The notes: a model not told the origin generated them from the sequence alone. A stretch of 64,000 nucleotides of DNA from an uncultured Nitrospiraceae bacterium (GCA_963811165.1 CAWEQH010000004.1:32001-96000); one strand, 5' to 3'; shown: positions 1-13,097, counted from the first letter of the stretch. Numbers and translations: made by a program.

Positions 1-1
1 T

Positions 2-367
2 CTCGCGATGGAACTCACGGCGAGGGACGGCGTGATAAAGAGTTCCCCCTCCCTCGACAAGGGCAAGAAGATCATCCTTACGCGTGGGCTCAGGGACTGC
101 CTGTTTTGGTGGGACGTGAAGGACTTCAGTCTAATCGAGAAAAACGGCTACTATGTGCTGGAGGGTCCGGACCGGGATCTATGGGTCGATAAAAAGACCT
201 TTCTGCCTGCGAGACAGAACATATATTTTGAGGACGGTAAAGTACTCAATGTATATTATGACGGCCCGACAAAGGAAAACGATATCTGGTACCAGTCGAA
301 GATCAGGATCGAGTTCTTACAGTACTCCGTAACCTTTACGGTAAGGCATATGTTGTATAAGTCGTAG
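2..367 (+). CDS. Hypothetical protein, probably the C-terminal part of a LolA/LolB-like or DUF4292-like beta-rich envelope protein
   Basis: Frame is open to the window edge (first ATG at 8). Beta-strand-like pattern DLWVDKKTFLPARQ...VYYD. Family assignment is a guess. Confidence 0.45.
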   Translation, partial: LAMELTARDGVIKSSPSLDKGKKIILTRGLRDCLFWWDVKDFSLIEKNGYYVLEGPDRDLWVDKKTFLPARQNIYFEDGKVLNVYYDGPTKENDIWYQSKIRIEFLQYSVTFTVRHMLYKS

Positions 368-601
368 CGTCGTTGTCCGCCGCTTTTTTGGAAAACTGCA
401 AAACCTACTCATTGTTTTCGAGTTCCGCTATCTCTTCGCCCGTTTTTTTGTTAAAAGTAAACTCGATGATGCCTAGCCAAAGTTTCCAACTTGACATTTT
501 TATTATTTATGATTCAATGAAACAAAGAAACAATCACGAACAAACGCAAATCCTCAGTGAGAGGGAGAAACGATCTCGCATTTATTTTAAGGAGGTAGAT
601 C

Positions 602-1078
602 ATGAAACGGAAAACGGCAATAATTGTGGCCGGTATGTTGATGATGTTCCTTACATTTTCCGGTCTTGTCGCGGCTGAGGAAAAGGAGAGGATGTGGCCG
701 GTCGCTGTTGATGAACTGGTGGCGAAGACCATGCAGTCTGTGAAAACAGTGGATATGACCGCGTTCAAGAAAGTGGTGGACAGTAAAGAGTATGACTTGA
801 TCATTGATGTCAGAGAAGCGGACGAGATTAGCCAGACAGGATATGTCCCTGGGGCGATCAGTATACCCAGAGGGTTTATTGAATTTAAGATATGGAAAAA
901 AATCGGGTTTCCCGATAAAACGGACACCAAAAAGAAAATATATCTCTACTGCAAGCTCGGCGGCAGGGCTGCGCTATCTGCGAAATCTCTGCAGGACCTC
1001 GGATTCACCAATGTAATTGCTGTTAATATGACCGTTGCACACTGGATGGAAGCGGGTTATCCTCTTGTGAAGCAATGA
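602..1078 (+). CDS. Exported rhodanese-like sulfurtransferase
   Basis: SD AAGGAGG at 588-594; N-terminal signal peptide; IIDVRE, GYVPGAISIP and YCKLGGRA active-site loop. Confidence 0.85.
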   Translation: MKRKTAIIVAGMLMMFLTFSGLVAAEEKERMWPVAVDELVAKTMQSVKTVDMTAFKKVVDSKEYDLIIDVREADEISQTGYVPGAISIPRGFIEFKIWKKIGFPDKTDTKKKIYLYCKLGGRAALSAKSLQDLGFTNVIAVNMTVAHWMEAGYPLVKQ

Positions 1079-1236
1079 AGTGAAGGGGTCAGCATTTTCG
1101 GTAAGGAACAGTCAATTGGGGAGGTTCTGGAAGTGCGCAAGACCCAAGTAATGGCAGTGGTATTCGAGAGAGCGCTCATTATGTAATTATTTCTCGGGCA
1201 GAAGCGGCACAAAAGCGGGGAAGGGGCACGCCTGAA

Positions 1237-2052
1237 TTACGATTCCAGTCCTAAATCTACCGCAACGGCCTTGACGATCGAATCGTCTATTGCCGTGTTT
1301 TTGAATAGGAACCCCTCTAAAAGGGCGTTGTCGCAGATGGTATTGATCAGCCTCGGACTTCCGTGTGAGTAATGATAGATCAGTTTTATGGCCGATTCGG
1401 TGAACACGTCGCTACTGCCGGAGGCCACCCCCATGCGGTGTCTGATATAGTCTTTCGTGTCTTCCTCCGAGAAAGACTGCAGTTTTATCCTGACCGCCAC
1501 CCTCTGCTTAAGCGGCTCGTCAAGGGAAAGCACCTGGTCGAGCTCCGGCAGGCCGAAGAAAATGAAATTGACCATCTTGCCGGCGGTGCCTTCCATATTC
1601 AACAGTCCCCTGAACTCCTCCATTATCTCTCTTGAGTTGAGCATCTGGACTTCATCCATCAGCACGACCGCCTTTTTCCCCTCTTCATTGATATCATTAA
1701 GCCTTCTGTAGATCTGCCCGAGGAGTTCTATCTTATCGTCCGACAGGTCCGCTACGCCAAGCTGGAGCGCAAATTTCTTAAAAAGCCATTCGGAACTGAC
1801 TGAGGAATGCAGAATGACAAGCAGGGCGGCCTCATAATTTTCTTCGTCAAGTTCCTCAAGGAGCTTCCTCGCGAGGGTCGTCTTGCCCGCGCCGATATTT
1901 CCGATCACCACCGCAAGCCCCTTTTTTGTGTCGATCGCGTATTTCAGCTTCAGGATGGCCCCGGCCTGCTGGGGACTGTTGTAGTAAAACCTGCTGTCCA
2001 CCACATTCGAAAACGGGTGCTCGCTGAGTCTGTAGTATTCCAGGTAATCCAC
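1237..2052 (-). CDS. ExeA/GspA-like AAA ATPase
   Basis: HPFS N-terminus, Walker A GNIGAGKT, Walker B VLMDEVQ, FFGLPEL, GSPRLINTICDNALL. Confidence 0.85.
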   Translation of the reverse strand: MDYLEYYRLSEHPFSNVVDSRFYYNSPQQAGAILKLKYAIDTKKGLAVVIGNIGAGKTTLARKLLEELDEENYEAALLVILHSSVSSEWLFKKFALQLGVADLSDDKIELLGQIYRRLNDINEEGKKAVVLMDEVQMLNSREIMEEFRGLLNMEGTAGKMVNFIFFGLPELDQVLSLDEPLKQRVAVRIKLQSFSEEDTKDYIRHRMGVASGSSDVFTESAIKLIYHYSHGSPRLINTICDNALLEGFLFKNTAIDDSIVKAVAVDLGLES

Positions 2053-2140
2053 TTTATTCCTTTGCTAGCGAAGGATCATTCTTACACGTGTATTTTCTAA
2101 GATAATATCTTAACAGATTTTCGGAAATAACGCAGCCGGG

Positions 2141-4720
2141 TTAAAGGTAGGATACCCTGTCCTTCCTGGCCTTCGGTTTTTCCCCTTCACTGTCCTTCAT
2201 AACGCGGGCCTTGAGCTGGCTCATCTTCTCCGAGACGCTCCTGAATCTGGCGTTCCAACCAAAGACCTCGGTATACAGCTCCAGAGCTTCCTTGAGGTTA
2301 TCGTTCTTTTCATAGGCGCCTGCAAGGTCGTATTTGATCGCCCAGTAGGACTCGTCCTTGTCGCCGACTTCCTTCATGACTTTTGTCAGGACATCGATGG
2401 CAAGAGAAAAAAGGCCTTTTTCCATGTAGCAGACGCCGAGCATCGTTGAGGACTGCATAAACCTCTTCGGGTCGTTTTTCGAAGTCTGAAATTCCTTAAT
2501 CGCGTCGTCGGTCAGCCCCATCTCCTTATATGCGATACCGAGGTTGTAATGGGTCTCGGAGTCCTCGTCGCCAAGTTCCCCCGCCAGTCCTTTTTTGAAC
2601 TCCTGGAATATCTCGAGCACATCGCTGTCAAGCTCGGGTTCGGGCATTTCCTGGGCATCGACAAGGTCTTCGTCCGTGAAACTGAAATCTTCGTATTCAG
2701 TTTCCTTAGCAGGCCGCAAGACCTTTTCTCTTTCCTCGATACTCCCGGTTTCTCCTCCAGGGGGACCCTGGGATATGGGGCCCTGGGCGATGACCCCATC
2801 GGTGGAGGGTCGCTCAAATACGGGCCCGGATGACGGCGCCTCCGCGCTGACGGGCCCTTCACCAGCCGGCTCCCCGGCATCAGGCAGTTCAGCGGCGGGA
2901 AGTTCCCCTGCCGCGCTGTCTCCGAACGGTTGTTCTCCGAGGTCCTCAAAAGAAGGCGTCTGAACATCTTCTGTTTCCGCAAACTGTCCAAGTTCACCCA
3001 GCCGCGCGGCGATATCTTCGTTTTGGGGAAAAAGCCGGTGTAGTCGTTCGAGTATCTTTGCGGCATCCTGGGTCAGACCTTGACGCATATAGAAATCGGC
3101 CTCCGCAATCTCCTCTTCATAATCTTCTATTTCTCCGGCTTCTCCTTCATCGTATTCCTTGACGTCTTCGTGGGCGTAAGACGTAGGCTCTATATGGAGC
3201 TGTGATGCTCCTCTTTCCGCGAGTCTCGGGTCTTCAGGGTTAATTTCGAAAGCATCCGCGAGCATCTTTTCAGAGTTGGTCGTGTCGCCCTGCCGTTTAT
3301 AAAGTTCGTGCAAAATAATGTATTCTGTAACCAAAGACTCCTTGTCCCCTGCCTCGGCATAAAGGGTCTTGAGTTTCAAATGAAGTTCGAAGTTCTGCGG
3401 CATCCTCGGTTTCAACCCCTCGAGGATCTTGATCGCCTCGCTCAAAAGGCCGTACCTTGAGAAGACGTCAGCCTCCATAAAAAGTTCTTCGGCTGTTTTT
3501 TCTTCCCCTCTTACGCGCTCGGCAACGGCCCCTTCCCCGTCCTCCGGCCCCGCCTTCTCCTCCGGCTGCCCGCTTAATTCTTCAACCAACTCCCTCAAAT
3601 GCAAATCATTGGGGCTGATATCGAGGGCCTCCCTGTAGGAGGCAACCGCTTCTTCGATCATGCCCTTTTCTTTCAACGAGTCGCCAAGTGACGTAAGCTC
3701 CGAGACGATCTTGTCGTCTTCCCTTAGTTGCCTGTAAAGTAATACCAGTCTCTTACCTGTCTGAATGGGATCGGTTGTTTTGAAGGACTCAAGAAGACTG
3801 ACAGAGTCTTCGGGTTTCTCCTCCGCGATTATCTCATCGATTACCGGCAGGTATTCTCCCCATGCCTTTTCCACTGCTCCTTGTTTTAAATATATCTTGC
3901 CCAGAAGTTTCCGTGCACCTATATGCTTTGGCTCTATCCCTGCAACTTTGAGCAGGTAGTCTTTTGCGGCAGTGTGGTCGTTTACCGTACAGAAGAGTTC
4001 TGCACATCTGAACAGTACTCCTGCGTCTTCCGGGAAAAGGGACGCAGCCTCCTTCATACACGCTATGGCGTCTTCCATCCTGCCCGATTTTTCGTATAGG
4101 GAGCCCAGTGCCGCCGCCGCTTCTTTATGCAGCGGCTGTATCCCAAGTACTTTCTGGTAATATTCCGCGGCCTTCGCCAGGTCACCCTTTTCATCGTAGA
4201 GGGTGGCGACATAAAAATATTCTTTCGCCGCATCCGCATTCAAACCTTCTTTAATAAAGGTCTCCGCCACTTTGTTCCGTAATGGAATATTCGACGGGGA
4301 GAGAGAGAGTATCTTTTGGTAGATGTCGAGGATCCTGTCTTTCTTGCCCTCCTTCGACAGAGTGTCGGCGGTCGCAAGATAGTACTTTATGGCGTCGGTA
4401 GCGAGGCCCTTCTCCTCACTTAACTCCCCGAGAGCGTAAAGCGCGTCAGCATCGACGGCGTTTACATTCAAGACCTTCTTATAAAGGGCAAGGGCCTTGA
4501 GAGAAAACCCCTCTCGCCGGAAATAATTGGCGGCCTGATGGAAAGATTCTGCGGCTTTTTTCTTGTCACCTTTTTTGAGATAAAGATCACCGATCATATT
4601 ATGGGTGTTTCCGTCGGGAGATTCATGTAGAAGCTTTTCCCATTCGGATATGGCCTTATCGATCTGCCCCTTGGCGAGGTACTTCTGTGCTTCCTTTATT
4701 ATTGCGGTTTTATCTGCCAT
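2141..4720 (-). CDS. Large tetratricopeptide-repeat protein with acidic low-complexity linker
   Basis: Many TPR-like helices, an E/P/G-rich linker, and C-terminal TPRs starting DSETHYNLGIAYKEMGL. Confidence 0.8.
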   Translation of the reverse strand: MADKTAIIKEAQKYLAKGQIDKAISEWEKLLHESPDGNTHNMIGDLYLKKGDKKKAAESFHQAANYFRREGFSLKALALYKKVLNVNAVDADALYALGELSEEKGLATDAIKYYLATADTLSKEGKKDRILDIYQKILSLSPSNIPLRNKVAETFIKEGLNADAAKEYFYVATLYDEKGDLAKAAEYYQKVLGIQPLHKEAAAALGSLYEKSGRMEDAIACMKEAASLFPEDAGVLFRCAELFCTVNDHTAAKDYLLKVAGIEPKHIGARKLLGKIYLKQGAVEKAWGEYLPVIDEIIAEEKPEDSVSLLESFKTTDPIQTGKRLVLLYRQLREDDKIVSELTSLGDSLKEKGMIEEAVASYREALDISPNDLHLRELVEELSGQPEEKAGPEDGEGAVAERVRGEEKTAEELFMEADVFSRYGLLSEAIKILEGLKPRMPQNFELHLKLKTLYAEAGDKESLVTEYIILHELYKRQGDTTNSEKMLADAFEINPEDPRLAERGASQLHIEPTSYAHEDVKEYDEGEAGEIEDYEEEIAEADFYMRQGLTQDAAKILERLHRLFPQNEDIAARLGELGQFAETEDVQTPSFEDLGEQPFGDSAAGELPAAELPDAGEPAGEGPVSAEAPSSGPVFERPSTDGVIAQGPISQGPPGGETGSIEEREKVLRPAKETEYEDFSFTDEDLVDAQEMPEPELDSDVLEIFQEFKKGLAGELGDEDSETHYNLGIAYKEMGLTDDAIKEFQTSKNDPKRFMQSSTMLGVCYMEKGLFSLAIDVLTKVMKEVGDKDESYWAIKYDLAGAYEKNDNLKEALELYTEVFGWNARFRSVSEKMSQLKARVMKDSEGEKPKARKDRVSYL

Positions 4721-4887
4721 TCTTCTATATCCTAATAATATCTGAGCAATTTAAAAAGTGTCAATAATACGATAACTTAGAACAGTATCCGCAAGTGAAA
4801 CACCCCCTCTTCTTCCATCTGCGGCGAACCCGTCGAATATTGTCGACGCATCCTATATTTCATAATTATAACCTCAAAGGCCTCTAT

Positions 4888-4917
4888 TTGACACCCTTTT
4901 GGGTTTTATGGTTAAAT
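4888..4917 (+). promoter_or_regulatory. Putative sigma70 promoter of the pyr operon
   Basis: TTGACA at 4888-4893 and TG-g-TTAAAT at 4909-4917, directly before the PyrR loop. Confidence 0.45.
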
Positions 4918-4918
4918 A

Positions 4919-5030
4919 TTTTGCCTTTAAAATAGCCCCGTGAGGTTAAAAAGGCAAAGGAGTCAGTCATCGTGCGCTTCAACCAAGACAAATCCGTACC
5001 AATGCTTTCCCAATCGTCTGAAGGCATTTC
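4919..5030 (+). promoter_or_regulatory. PyrR-binding RNA loop and attenuator leader
   Basis: Stem TTTGCCTTT...AAAGGCAAA encloses TAGCCCCGTGAGGTTA, resembling the PyrR consensus ARUCCNGNGAGGYU. A downstream hairpin AATGCTTTC/GAAGGCATT lies at 5001-5028, upstream of pyrR. Confidence 0.75.
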
Positions 5031-5056
5031 CCCCGGTATCACTATCTATTCAGTAA

Positions 5057-6539
<1,483 letters not shown>

Positions 6540-6543
<4 letters not shown>

Positions 6544-7841
6544 AGATCGCGATAAGCAACGGGCGGGTAATAGACCCGTCGCAGGGGATCGACGAAATCT
6601 GCGACGTCTTGATAGAGGACGGAAAGATAAAGGAAGTGCGAAAGTCCAAAGGCGCAGAAGTCAAGGCGAAGAAAACAAACTCGCCGGCTCAAAAGATCAT
6701 CGATGCAAGCGGGATGCTTGTTGTCCCGGGGCTGGTCGATATGCATGTCCATCTCAGGGAGCCGGGATTCGAGTACAAAGAGACGATAAAGACAGGGACA
6801 GAGGCGGCGGTAAGAGGCGGGGTCACTTCCTTATGCTGCATGCCGAACACTAACCCTGTAAACGATAACTCGAGTGTGACCGAGTTCATAATGAGAAAGG
6901 CGGCCCACGAAGGCGCGTGCCGCGTCTATCCCATAGGTGCCATCACGAAGGGGCAAAGGGGAGAAGAACTGGCCGAAATGGGCATGATGCATGAGGCCGG
7001 GTGTGTCGCTTTTTCGGATGATGGAAGGCCGGTTATGGACAGCCTGGTGATGCGAAGGGCGCTTGAGTATTCGAAGGTCCTGAATGTTCCCGTCATATCC
7101 CATTCCGAAGACCTTACCCTGTCTTCGGGAGGTGTGATGAACGAGGGTCTTTTGGCAGTAACGCTCGGGCTGAAGGGCATTCCGGCACAGGCCGAAGAGA
7201 TCATGGTCGCAAGGGACATCGCGCTTGCAGAGCTCACGGGCGGGCGGATGCATATCGCGCATATATCCACGGAAGGATCGGTCGAGCTTATCAGGGCCGC
7301 CAAAAAGCGGGGGCTTGCCGATATCACCGCCGAAACGTGTCCTCATTATTTCAGCATCACAGAGGAAGCTGTCGGAAACTATAATACCTGTGCGAAAGTC
7401 AATCCGCCGCTGAGGAGGAAAAGAGATGTAGAGGCGGTCAAAAGAGGGCTTCAGGACGGCACCATTGATGTGATCGCCACGGACCATGCCCCTCATCACA
7501 TGGACGAGAAACTCGGGGAGTTCGACTCAGCGCCCTCGGGTATATCCGGATTGGAGACGTCGATAGGGTTGAGCATGAGACTTGTGGATGAAGGGGCCCT
7601 TACGCTTTCGGGACTCATCGGGAAAATGGCGCTCAATCCCTCAATGATAATGGGGATCAAGGGGGGCACGCTCAAACCCGGCGCCGACGCGGACCTGGTG
7701 GTGATTGAAACCGGGAACGAATATAAGGTAGACACGGCACATTTCAGATCGAAAGGGAAGAACACGCCATTTGAGGGGCTGACGCTCAGGGCTAAACCGG
7801 TTGTCACAATCACTCTTGGAAGGACATACGAATGGGAATGA
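6540..7841 (+). CDS. pyrC: Dihydroorotase
   Basis: [30 protein letters not shown]. Confidence 0.96.
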
Positions 7842-8953
7842 AGGCGTTATTGGTGCTCACCGACGGGACGGTCTTTGAAGGCAGGGGGTTCGGCGCCGAA
7901 GGCGAGACGATGGGAGAAGTTGTCTTCAATACCTCCATGACCGGATATCAGGAGATCCTTACCGATGCGTCTTATAAAGGGCAGATCGTGACGATGACCT
8001 ATCCGCAGATAGGCAATTACGGGATAAACGAGGAGGACATCGAATCCGAAGGAGGTATAAAGGCGGAAGGGTTTATTGTTAAGGAGGCATGTGATTTCCC
8101 GAGTAACTGGCGCTCTTTGGGGAGCCTCATCGACTATATGAAAAGGTCCAATGTCGTGGGCATCCAGGGGATCGACACGCGGGCGCTGACGAGACACCTG
8201 AGAAACCACGGGGCCCAGATGGGGATCATATCCACGCTGGAGCCGGACCCTGCGGCGCTTCTTCAAAAGGTCAGGTCCCGTCCCGGCATTTCTGCCTTTG
8301 ACCTGGTAAAGGACGTCACCACGAAGGACATATATCGCTGGGAAGAGGGCTGCTGGAAGTGGTGTGTCGTGGAAAAGAAAATGGCGCACGCCGGGGTCGT
8401 TGTGTATGACTTCGGGATCAAATATAACATCCTGAGGAATCTTGTTGAGGCAGGGTTCGGAGTGACTGTCGTGCCGGCGCGTACGCCCGCTGAGGCGGTG
8501 ATCGAGATGGACCCCGACGGCATAATCTTAAGTAACGGTCCGGGTGACCCCGAGACCGTAACTTACGGGATAGAGAACGCAAAGAAGCTTATGGGGAAGA
8601 AGCCGATATTCGGCATCTGCCTCGGACATCAGATACTGGGGCTTGCTATGGGAGGGAATACCTATAAACTCAAATTCGGGCATCACGGCGGCAACCATCC
8701 GGTGAAGGACCTCTCTACCGGCCGGGTGGAAATCACCTCGCAAAACCATAATTATTGTGTGGATATAAAGAGCCTTCACGGGCAGGCGAAGCTCACTCAT
8801 ACGAACCTCTATGACGGGACCGAAGAGGGCATGCGGCATGTGGAACTACCGATCTTTTCAGTCCAGCATCATCCTGAGGCAGGGCCCGGGCCGAACGATT
8901 CGGTCCATCTCTTTAGGAGGTTCAGAGACCTGGTCGAGGGTTCCGCAGCATAA
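7838..8953 (+). CDS. carA: Carbamoyl-phosphate synthase small subunit
   Basis: GEVVFNTSMTGYQE, SNGPGDP, GICLGHQ, QHHPE; ATGA overlap with pyrC (alternative start 7832). Confidence 0.97.
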   Translation: MKALLVLTDGTVFEGRGFGAEGETMGEVVFNTSMTGYQEILTDASYKGQIVTMTYPQIGNYGINEEDIESEGGIKAEGFIVKEACDFPSNWRSLGSLIDYMKRSNVVGIQGIDTRALTRHLRNHGAQMGIISTLEPDPAALLQKVRSRPGISAFDLVKDVTTKDIYRWEEGCWKWCVVEKKMAHAGVVVYDFGIKYNILRNLVEAGFGVTVVPARTPAEAVIEMDPDGIILSNGPGDPETVTYGIENAKKLMGKKPIFGICLGHQILGLAMGGNTYKLKFGHHGGNHPVKDLSTGRVEITSQNHNYCVDIKSLHGQAKLTHTNLYDGTEEGMRHVELPIFSVQHHPEAGPGPNDSVHLFRRFRDLVEGSAA

Positions 8954-9561
8954 TGGCGGTCCGGGAAAAAAGATATAAGACAGAGAGGACGGACTCTCTG
9001 CTTTTGTTCAGGACGGAAAATTTCTCGGCGGAGAGGGATAGTGTTTTGCACAAGGGAATTTATAATAAAGAGTTTGCATCCGTGCTCTCTGCCCTTGCCT
9101 TAGCCGGCCTTATATACGCGGCGCTGGCGATGCAGCAAAAAAGGACGATACTGCCGCATATTGCATTTGCCGTCATCTTTATCGGAGGCTATCCGCTCTT
9201 CAGGACGTTTGTCTTTAAGGACAGATACCTGGAGGCCCTCTTCGATCTCTCTAAAGGACTGGCGGAGATATCCGTTTCCGGTCTGCTGGGGAAGAAGACA
9301 GAGAGTCTCCCGCTTTCTTCGGTGAAGAACGTACTGATAGAAAGCAAAAAGCTAGGGGTCGAAAACCCTGACGCTGTCGAGTTCGTGGAAAAGATTTCAG
9401 CGCAGCACGGGACGGTCATCCCAGGGTTCGGCGTCGAGAAGACCTTCTTTATGCTGAAGGTGATACTCGCTGACGGCAGCGACAGGATGATTTATGCGGA
9501 CACGGAGATGCAGGATGTGATGGCTGCGCATGAGGAGATAAAGGGGTTTCTGAAATTATGA
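8953..9561 (+). CDS. Hypothetical membrane protein with two TM helices, inside the pyr operon
   Basis: TAATG coupling to carA; two hydrophobic segments followed by a soluble domain. Confidence 0.7.
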   Translation: MAVREKRYKTERTDSLLLFRTENFSAERDSVLHKGIYNKEFASVLSALALAGLIYAALAMQQKRTILPHIAFAVIFIGGYPLFRTFVFKDRYLEALFDLSKGLAEISVSGLLGKKTESLPLSSVKNVLIESKKLGVENPDAVEFVEKISAQHGTVIPGFGVEKTFFMLKVILADGSDRMIYADTEMQDVMAAHEEIKGFLKL

Positions 9562-9570
9562 GTCCGATTT

Positions 9571-9695
9571 GTCATTCCCGCAAGCGACGTACGTCGGGAA
9601 TCCAACCCCCCTCTACCCCCCTTATCAAGGGGGAAGGGGCGGATCCTCCCTGATAAGGGGAGGCAGGGAGGGGTTATCGGACAAGCCGGAATGAC
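9571..9695. repeat. Nested REP-like palindromic elements
   Basis: Outer GTCATTCC...GGAATGAC element interrupted by an AACCCC...GGGGTT two-hairpin element at 9604-9675. Confidence 0.7.
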
Positions 9696-9743
9696 GGAAG
9701 GCTTTAGACAGCATTGTTAATAAAATACTGATACGAGGTTAAC

Positions 9744-12700
9744 TTGCCCAAGAGAGAAGATATTAAGAGCATACTGATTATAGGTTCCGGCCCTATCGTG
9801 ATAGGCCAGGCCTGCGAATTCGATTATTCCGGCACTCAGGCCTGCAAGGCCCTCAGGGATGAGGGCTACAGGGTCGTCCTCGTCAACTCAAACCCGGCCA
9901 CCATAATGACCGACCCAGAGACCGCCGACGTCACGTACATCGAGCCGCTTACCGCTGAAATCCTCGAACTCATAATCGAGAAGGAACGGCCCGATGCGAT
10001 TCTTCCTACGATGGGGGGACAGACCGCCTTAAACCTGGCGGTCGAACTCGCAGAGAAAGGGATCATAGAAAAATACGGGGTCGAACTGATAGGGGCAAAG
10101 CTCCATGCGATAAAGAAGGCCGAGGACAGGGAACTTTTTAAAGAGGCGATGGCGAAGATCGGGCTTGAGGTGCCCAAGAGCGCCGCGGTCATAAGCGTTC
10201 GGGAGGGCATGGACGTTATCGGGACCATAGGTTTCCCGGCGATACTCCGACCGGCCTTTACCCTGGGCGGCACGGGAGGCGGCATCGCATACAATCAAGA
10301 GGAGTTTGTAGAACTCCTCGATAAGGGCCTGAAGCTCAGTCCCGTGAGCCAGGTGCTTATCGAGGAATCGGCCCTTGGCTGGAAAGAGTACGAGCTTGAA
10401 GTCATGAGGGACAAAAAAGACAATGTGGTGATCGTCTGCTCGATAGAGAATTTCGATCCGATGGGCATACACACCGGAGATTCGATCACCGTCGCACCTG
10501 CCCAGACCCTCACTGATAAGGAATACCAGAGGATGAGGGACGCGTCGATCGCGATAATCAGAGAGATCGGCGTGGACACCGGCGGGTCAAACATTCAGTT
10601 TGCCTTGGACCCAACGAACGGCCGGATGGTGGTCATCGAGATGAACCCGAGGGTGTCGAGAAGTTCGGCCCTTGCCTCGAAGGCCACGGGGTTCCCGATA
10701 GCAAAGATAGCGGCGAAGCTGGCGGTAGGACTTACACTCGATGAGATCAGAAACGACATTACCAGGGAGACCCCGGCGTCCTTTGAGCCTACCATCGACT
10801 ATGTAGTGACCAAGTTTCCCAGGTTTGCCTTTGAAAAATTCCCTGAGGCGGACCCGCTCCTTACGACCCAGATGAAATCCGTAGGCGAAGTGATGTCTAT
10901 CGGCAGGACATTCAGGGAGTCGTTGCAGAAGTCCTTGAGGAGCCTAGAGTCCGGAAGCTATGGGTTGGAGGAGGTCGGCGGGGACCTTGAGAAGATCAAG
11001 ATGAAATTAAAGATACCGGGAGTCGAGCGGTTCTGGTATGTGGCACAGGCGGTGCGCGCCGGCATGAGCATCGAAGAGATTTATGAGCGTACGGCGATAG
11101 ACCCATGGTTTCTGAACCATATGAAGCAGTTGGTGGAGATGGAAGAAAAAATCAAAACGGAGGGTAGGGGCGGGGTTATTACCCCGCCTTTACTCCGCGA
11201 GGCCAAGGAAAACGGTTTCTCCGACAGGCGGCTCGCCCAGCTTCTGGGCAGGGACGAGGCGGATATCAGGAACCGAAGGAAGGCAGATAACATAAGGCCG
11301 GTATACAAGATGGTCGACACCTGTGCAGCCGAGTTCGAGGCGTATACGCCGTATCTCTATTCGACGTATGAACGGCCGTTTTATAAGCTCGGAGGCGTGC
11401 AAGCCGGTAAGCCTGCAAGCTGCTTTGAGTCCGAGGCGAACCCGACGGACAGAAAAAAGATCGTGATCCTCGGGTCAGGGCCAAACAGGATCGGTCAGGG
11501 AATAGAGTTCGATTATTGCTGTGTCCACGCTGTCTTTGCCCTGCGTGAGCTGGGGTATGAAACCATCATGGTCAACTGCAACCCAGAGACGGTCAGTACC
11601 GACTATGATACATCCGACAGGCTTTATTTCGAGCCCCTCACCATAGAGGATGTCCTCAATATCCTCGATGCCGAGAAGCCTGAGGGCGTGATCGTACAAT
11701 TCGGGGGGCAGACGCCCCTGAAGCTTGCGGTGCCCCTTGAAAGGGAGGGCATAAGGATACTGGGGACTTCACCCGATTCGATAGACCGCGCCGAGGACAG
11801 AAAGAGGTTCAAAGAACTTCTTCACAAACTGAATCTCCGTCAGCCCGAAAGCGAGACCGCCATGACAGTCGAAGATGCGGTCGCTGCGGCCGGCAAGATC
11901 GGCTATCCTGTCATGGTCAGACCCTCGTATGTCCTTGGGGGCAGGGCGATGGAAATCGTATACGACGAAGATTCCATCCGTAATTATATGGAAAGGGCCG
12001 TGAAGGCGTCTCCCGACCACCCCATTCTTGTCGATAAATATCTAAGTGATGCAGTGGAGGTGGATGTCGACGCAGTCTCAGACGGCGAGGCGGTGATCGT
12101 CGGAGGCGTGATGGAGCATATCGAGGAGGCCGGCATCCATTCCGGGGACTCCGCCTGTTCCCTCCCTCCCTACTCCCTGAGCGCGGAGATCGTCGAGGAG
12201 ATAAAGGGGCAGACGAAGGCGCTTGCAAAAGAGCTTGAGGTCATAGGTCTGATGAACGTGCAGTTTGCCGTGAAGAAGAACGAGATATTCATCCTTGAGG
12301 TAAATCCAAGGGCGTCGAGGACCATCCCTTTCGTGAGTAAGACCACGGGCGTTCCCCTTGCCAAGATTGCGGCGAAGGTTATGGCGGGAAAGACACTGAA
12401 GGAACTGGGGCTTACGACAGAAAAGTCAGTAAAGCATGTCGCCGTCAAGGAGGCGGTATTCCCCTTCGATAAGTTCCCCGGGGTAGATACGATACTCGGC
12501 CCCGAGATGAAATCCACGGGTGAGGTGATGGGCATAGACGAGGACTTCGGGAGGGCCTTCGCAAAGTCCCAGATTGCAGTGAACAACAGGATTCCGCTTT
12601 CCGGCAAGATCGTCATCAGTATCAGGGACGAAGACAAACCAGGCATATGCGATATAGTCAAAAGGCTTTATGAGGCCGGCTTTTCGGTCATCGCCACGAA

Positions 12701-13001
12701 GGGTACCGCGGCATTTCTGGACAACAAGGGGATTCCGGTGGAGGTGATCAACAAGGTCGCAGAAGGAAGGCCGCATATCGTCGACCTCATAAAGAACAAG
12801 GAGATCGTCTTTGTCATAAACACCGTCAGCGGGGCCCAGGCGCAGAAGGATTCTTTTTCTATCAGGCGCAGCGCCCTTCAGTACGGTGTGCCTTATACGA
12901 CCACGGTCGCCGGCGCCAGGGCGGTCATCTATGCGATCGAGAGTTTGAAGAAAAAGAAGATAAGCATCAAGTCGATACAGGAGTATCACGGGGCAGGGTA
13001 A
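9744..13001 (+). CDS. carB: Carbamoyl-phosphate synthase large subunit
   Basis: TTG start; [25 protein letters not shown], duplicated ATP-grasp domains, C-terminal MGS domain. Confidence 0.98.
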   Translation: MPKREDIKSILIIGSGPIVIGQACEFDYSGTQACKALRDEGYRVVLVNSNPATIMTDPETADVTYIEPLTAEILELIIEKERPDAILPTMGGQTALNLAVELAEKGIIEKYGVELIGAKLHAIKKAEDRELFKEAMAKIGLEVPKSAAVISVREGMDVIGTIGFPAILRPAFTLGGTGGGIAYNQEEFVELLDKGLKLSPVSQVLIEESALGWKEYELEVMRDKKDNVVIVCSIENFDPMGIHTGDSITVAPAQTLTDKEYQRMRDASIAIIREIGVDTGGSNIQFALDPTNGRMVVIEMNPRVSRSSALASKATGFPIAKIAAKLAVGLTLDEIRNDITRETPASFEPTIDYVVTKFPRFAFEKFPEADPLLTTQMKSVGEVMSIGRTFRESLQKSLRSLESGSYGLEEVGGDLEKIKMKLKIPGVERFWYVAQAVRAGMSIEEIYERTAIDPWFLNHMKQLVEMEEKIKTEGRGGVITPPLLREAKENGFSDRRLAQLLGRDEADIRNRRKADNIRPVYKMVDTCAAEFEAYTPYLYSTYERPFYKLGGVQAGKPASCFESEANPTDRKKIVILGSGPNRIGQGIEFDYCCVHAVFALRELGYETIMVNCNPETVSTDYDTSDRLYFEPLTIEDVLNILDAEKPEGVIVQFGGQTPLKLAVPLEREGIRILGTSPDSIDRAEDRKRFKELLHKLNLRQPESETAMTVEDAVAAAGKIGYPVMVRPSYVLGGRAMEIVYDEDSIRNYMERAVKASPDHPILVDKYLSDAVEVDVDAVSDGEAVIVGGVMEHIEEAGIHSGDSACSLPPYSLSAEIVEEIKGQTKALAKELEVIGLMNVQFAVKKNEIFILEVNPRASRTIPFVSKTTGVPLAKIAAKVMAGKTLKELGLTTEKSVKHVAVKEAVFPFDKFPGVDTILGPEMKSTGEVMGIDEDFGRAFAKSQIAVNNRIPLSGKIVISIRDEDKPGICDIVKRLYEAGFSVIATKGTAAFLDNKGIPVEVINKVAEGRPHIVDLIKNKEIVFVINTVSGAQAQKDSFSIRRSALQYGVPYTTTVAGARAVIYAIESLKKKKISIKSIQEYHGAG
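11164..11193. repeat. GTAG-type REP palindrome inside carB
   Basis: GTAGGGGCGGGGT-TATT-ACCCCGCCTTTAC, 30 bp, reading frame preserved. Confidence 0.6.
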
Positions 13002-13097
13002 GGTGTATTTTGTTTGACCGGCGTATCATGACAGACTCATAAAGTTTATTAAATTTTCTCCATGAAAGAGCTGCTGCTGATATGCTAAATTTGACGC

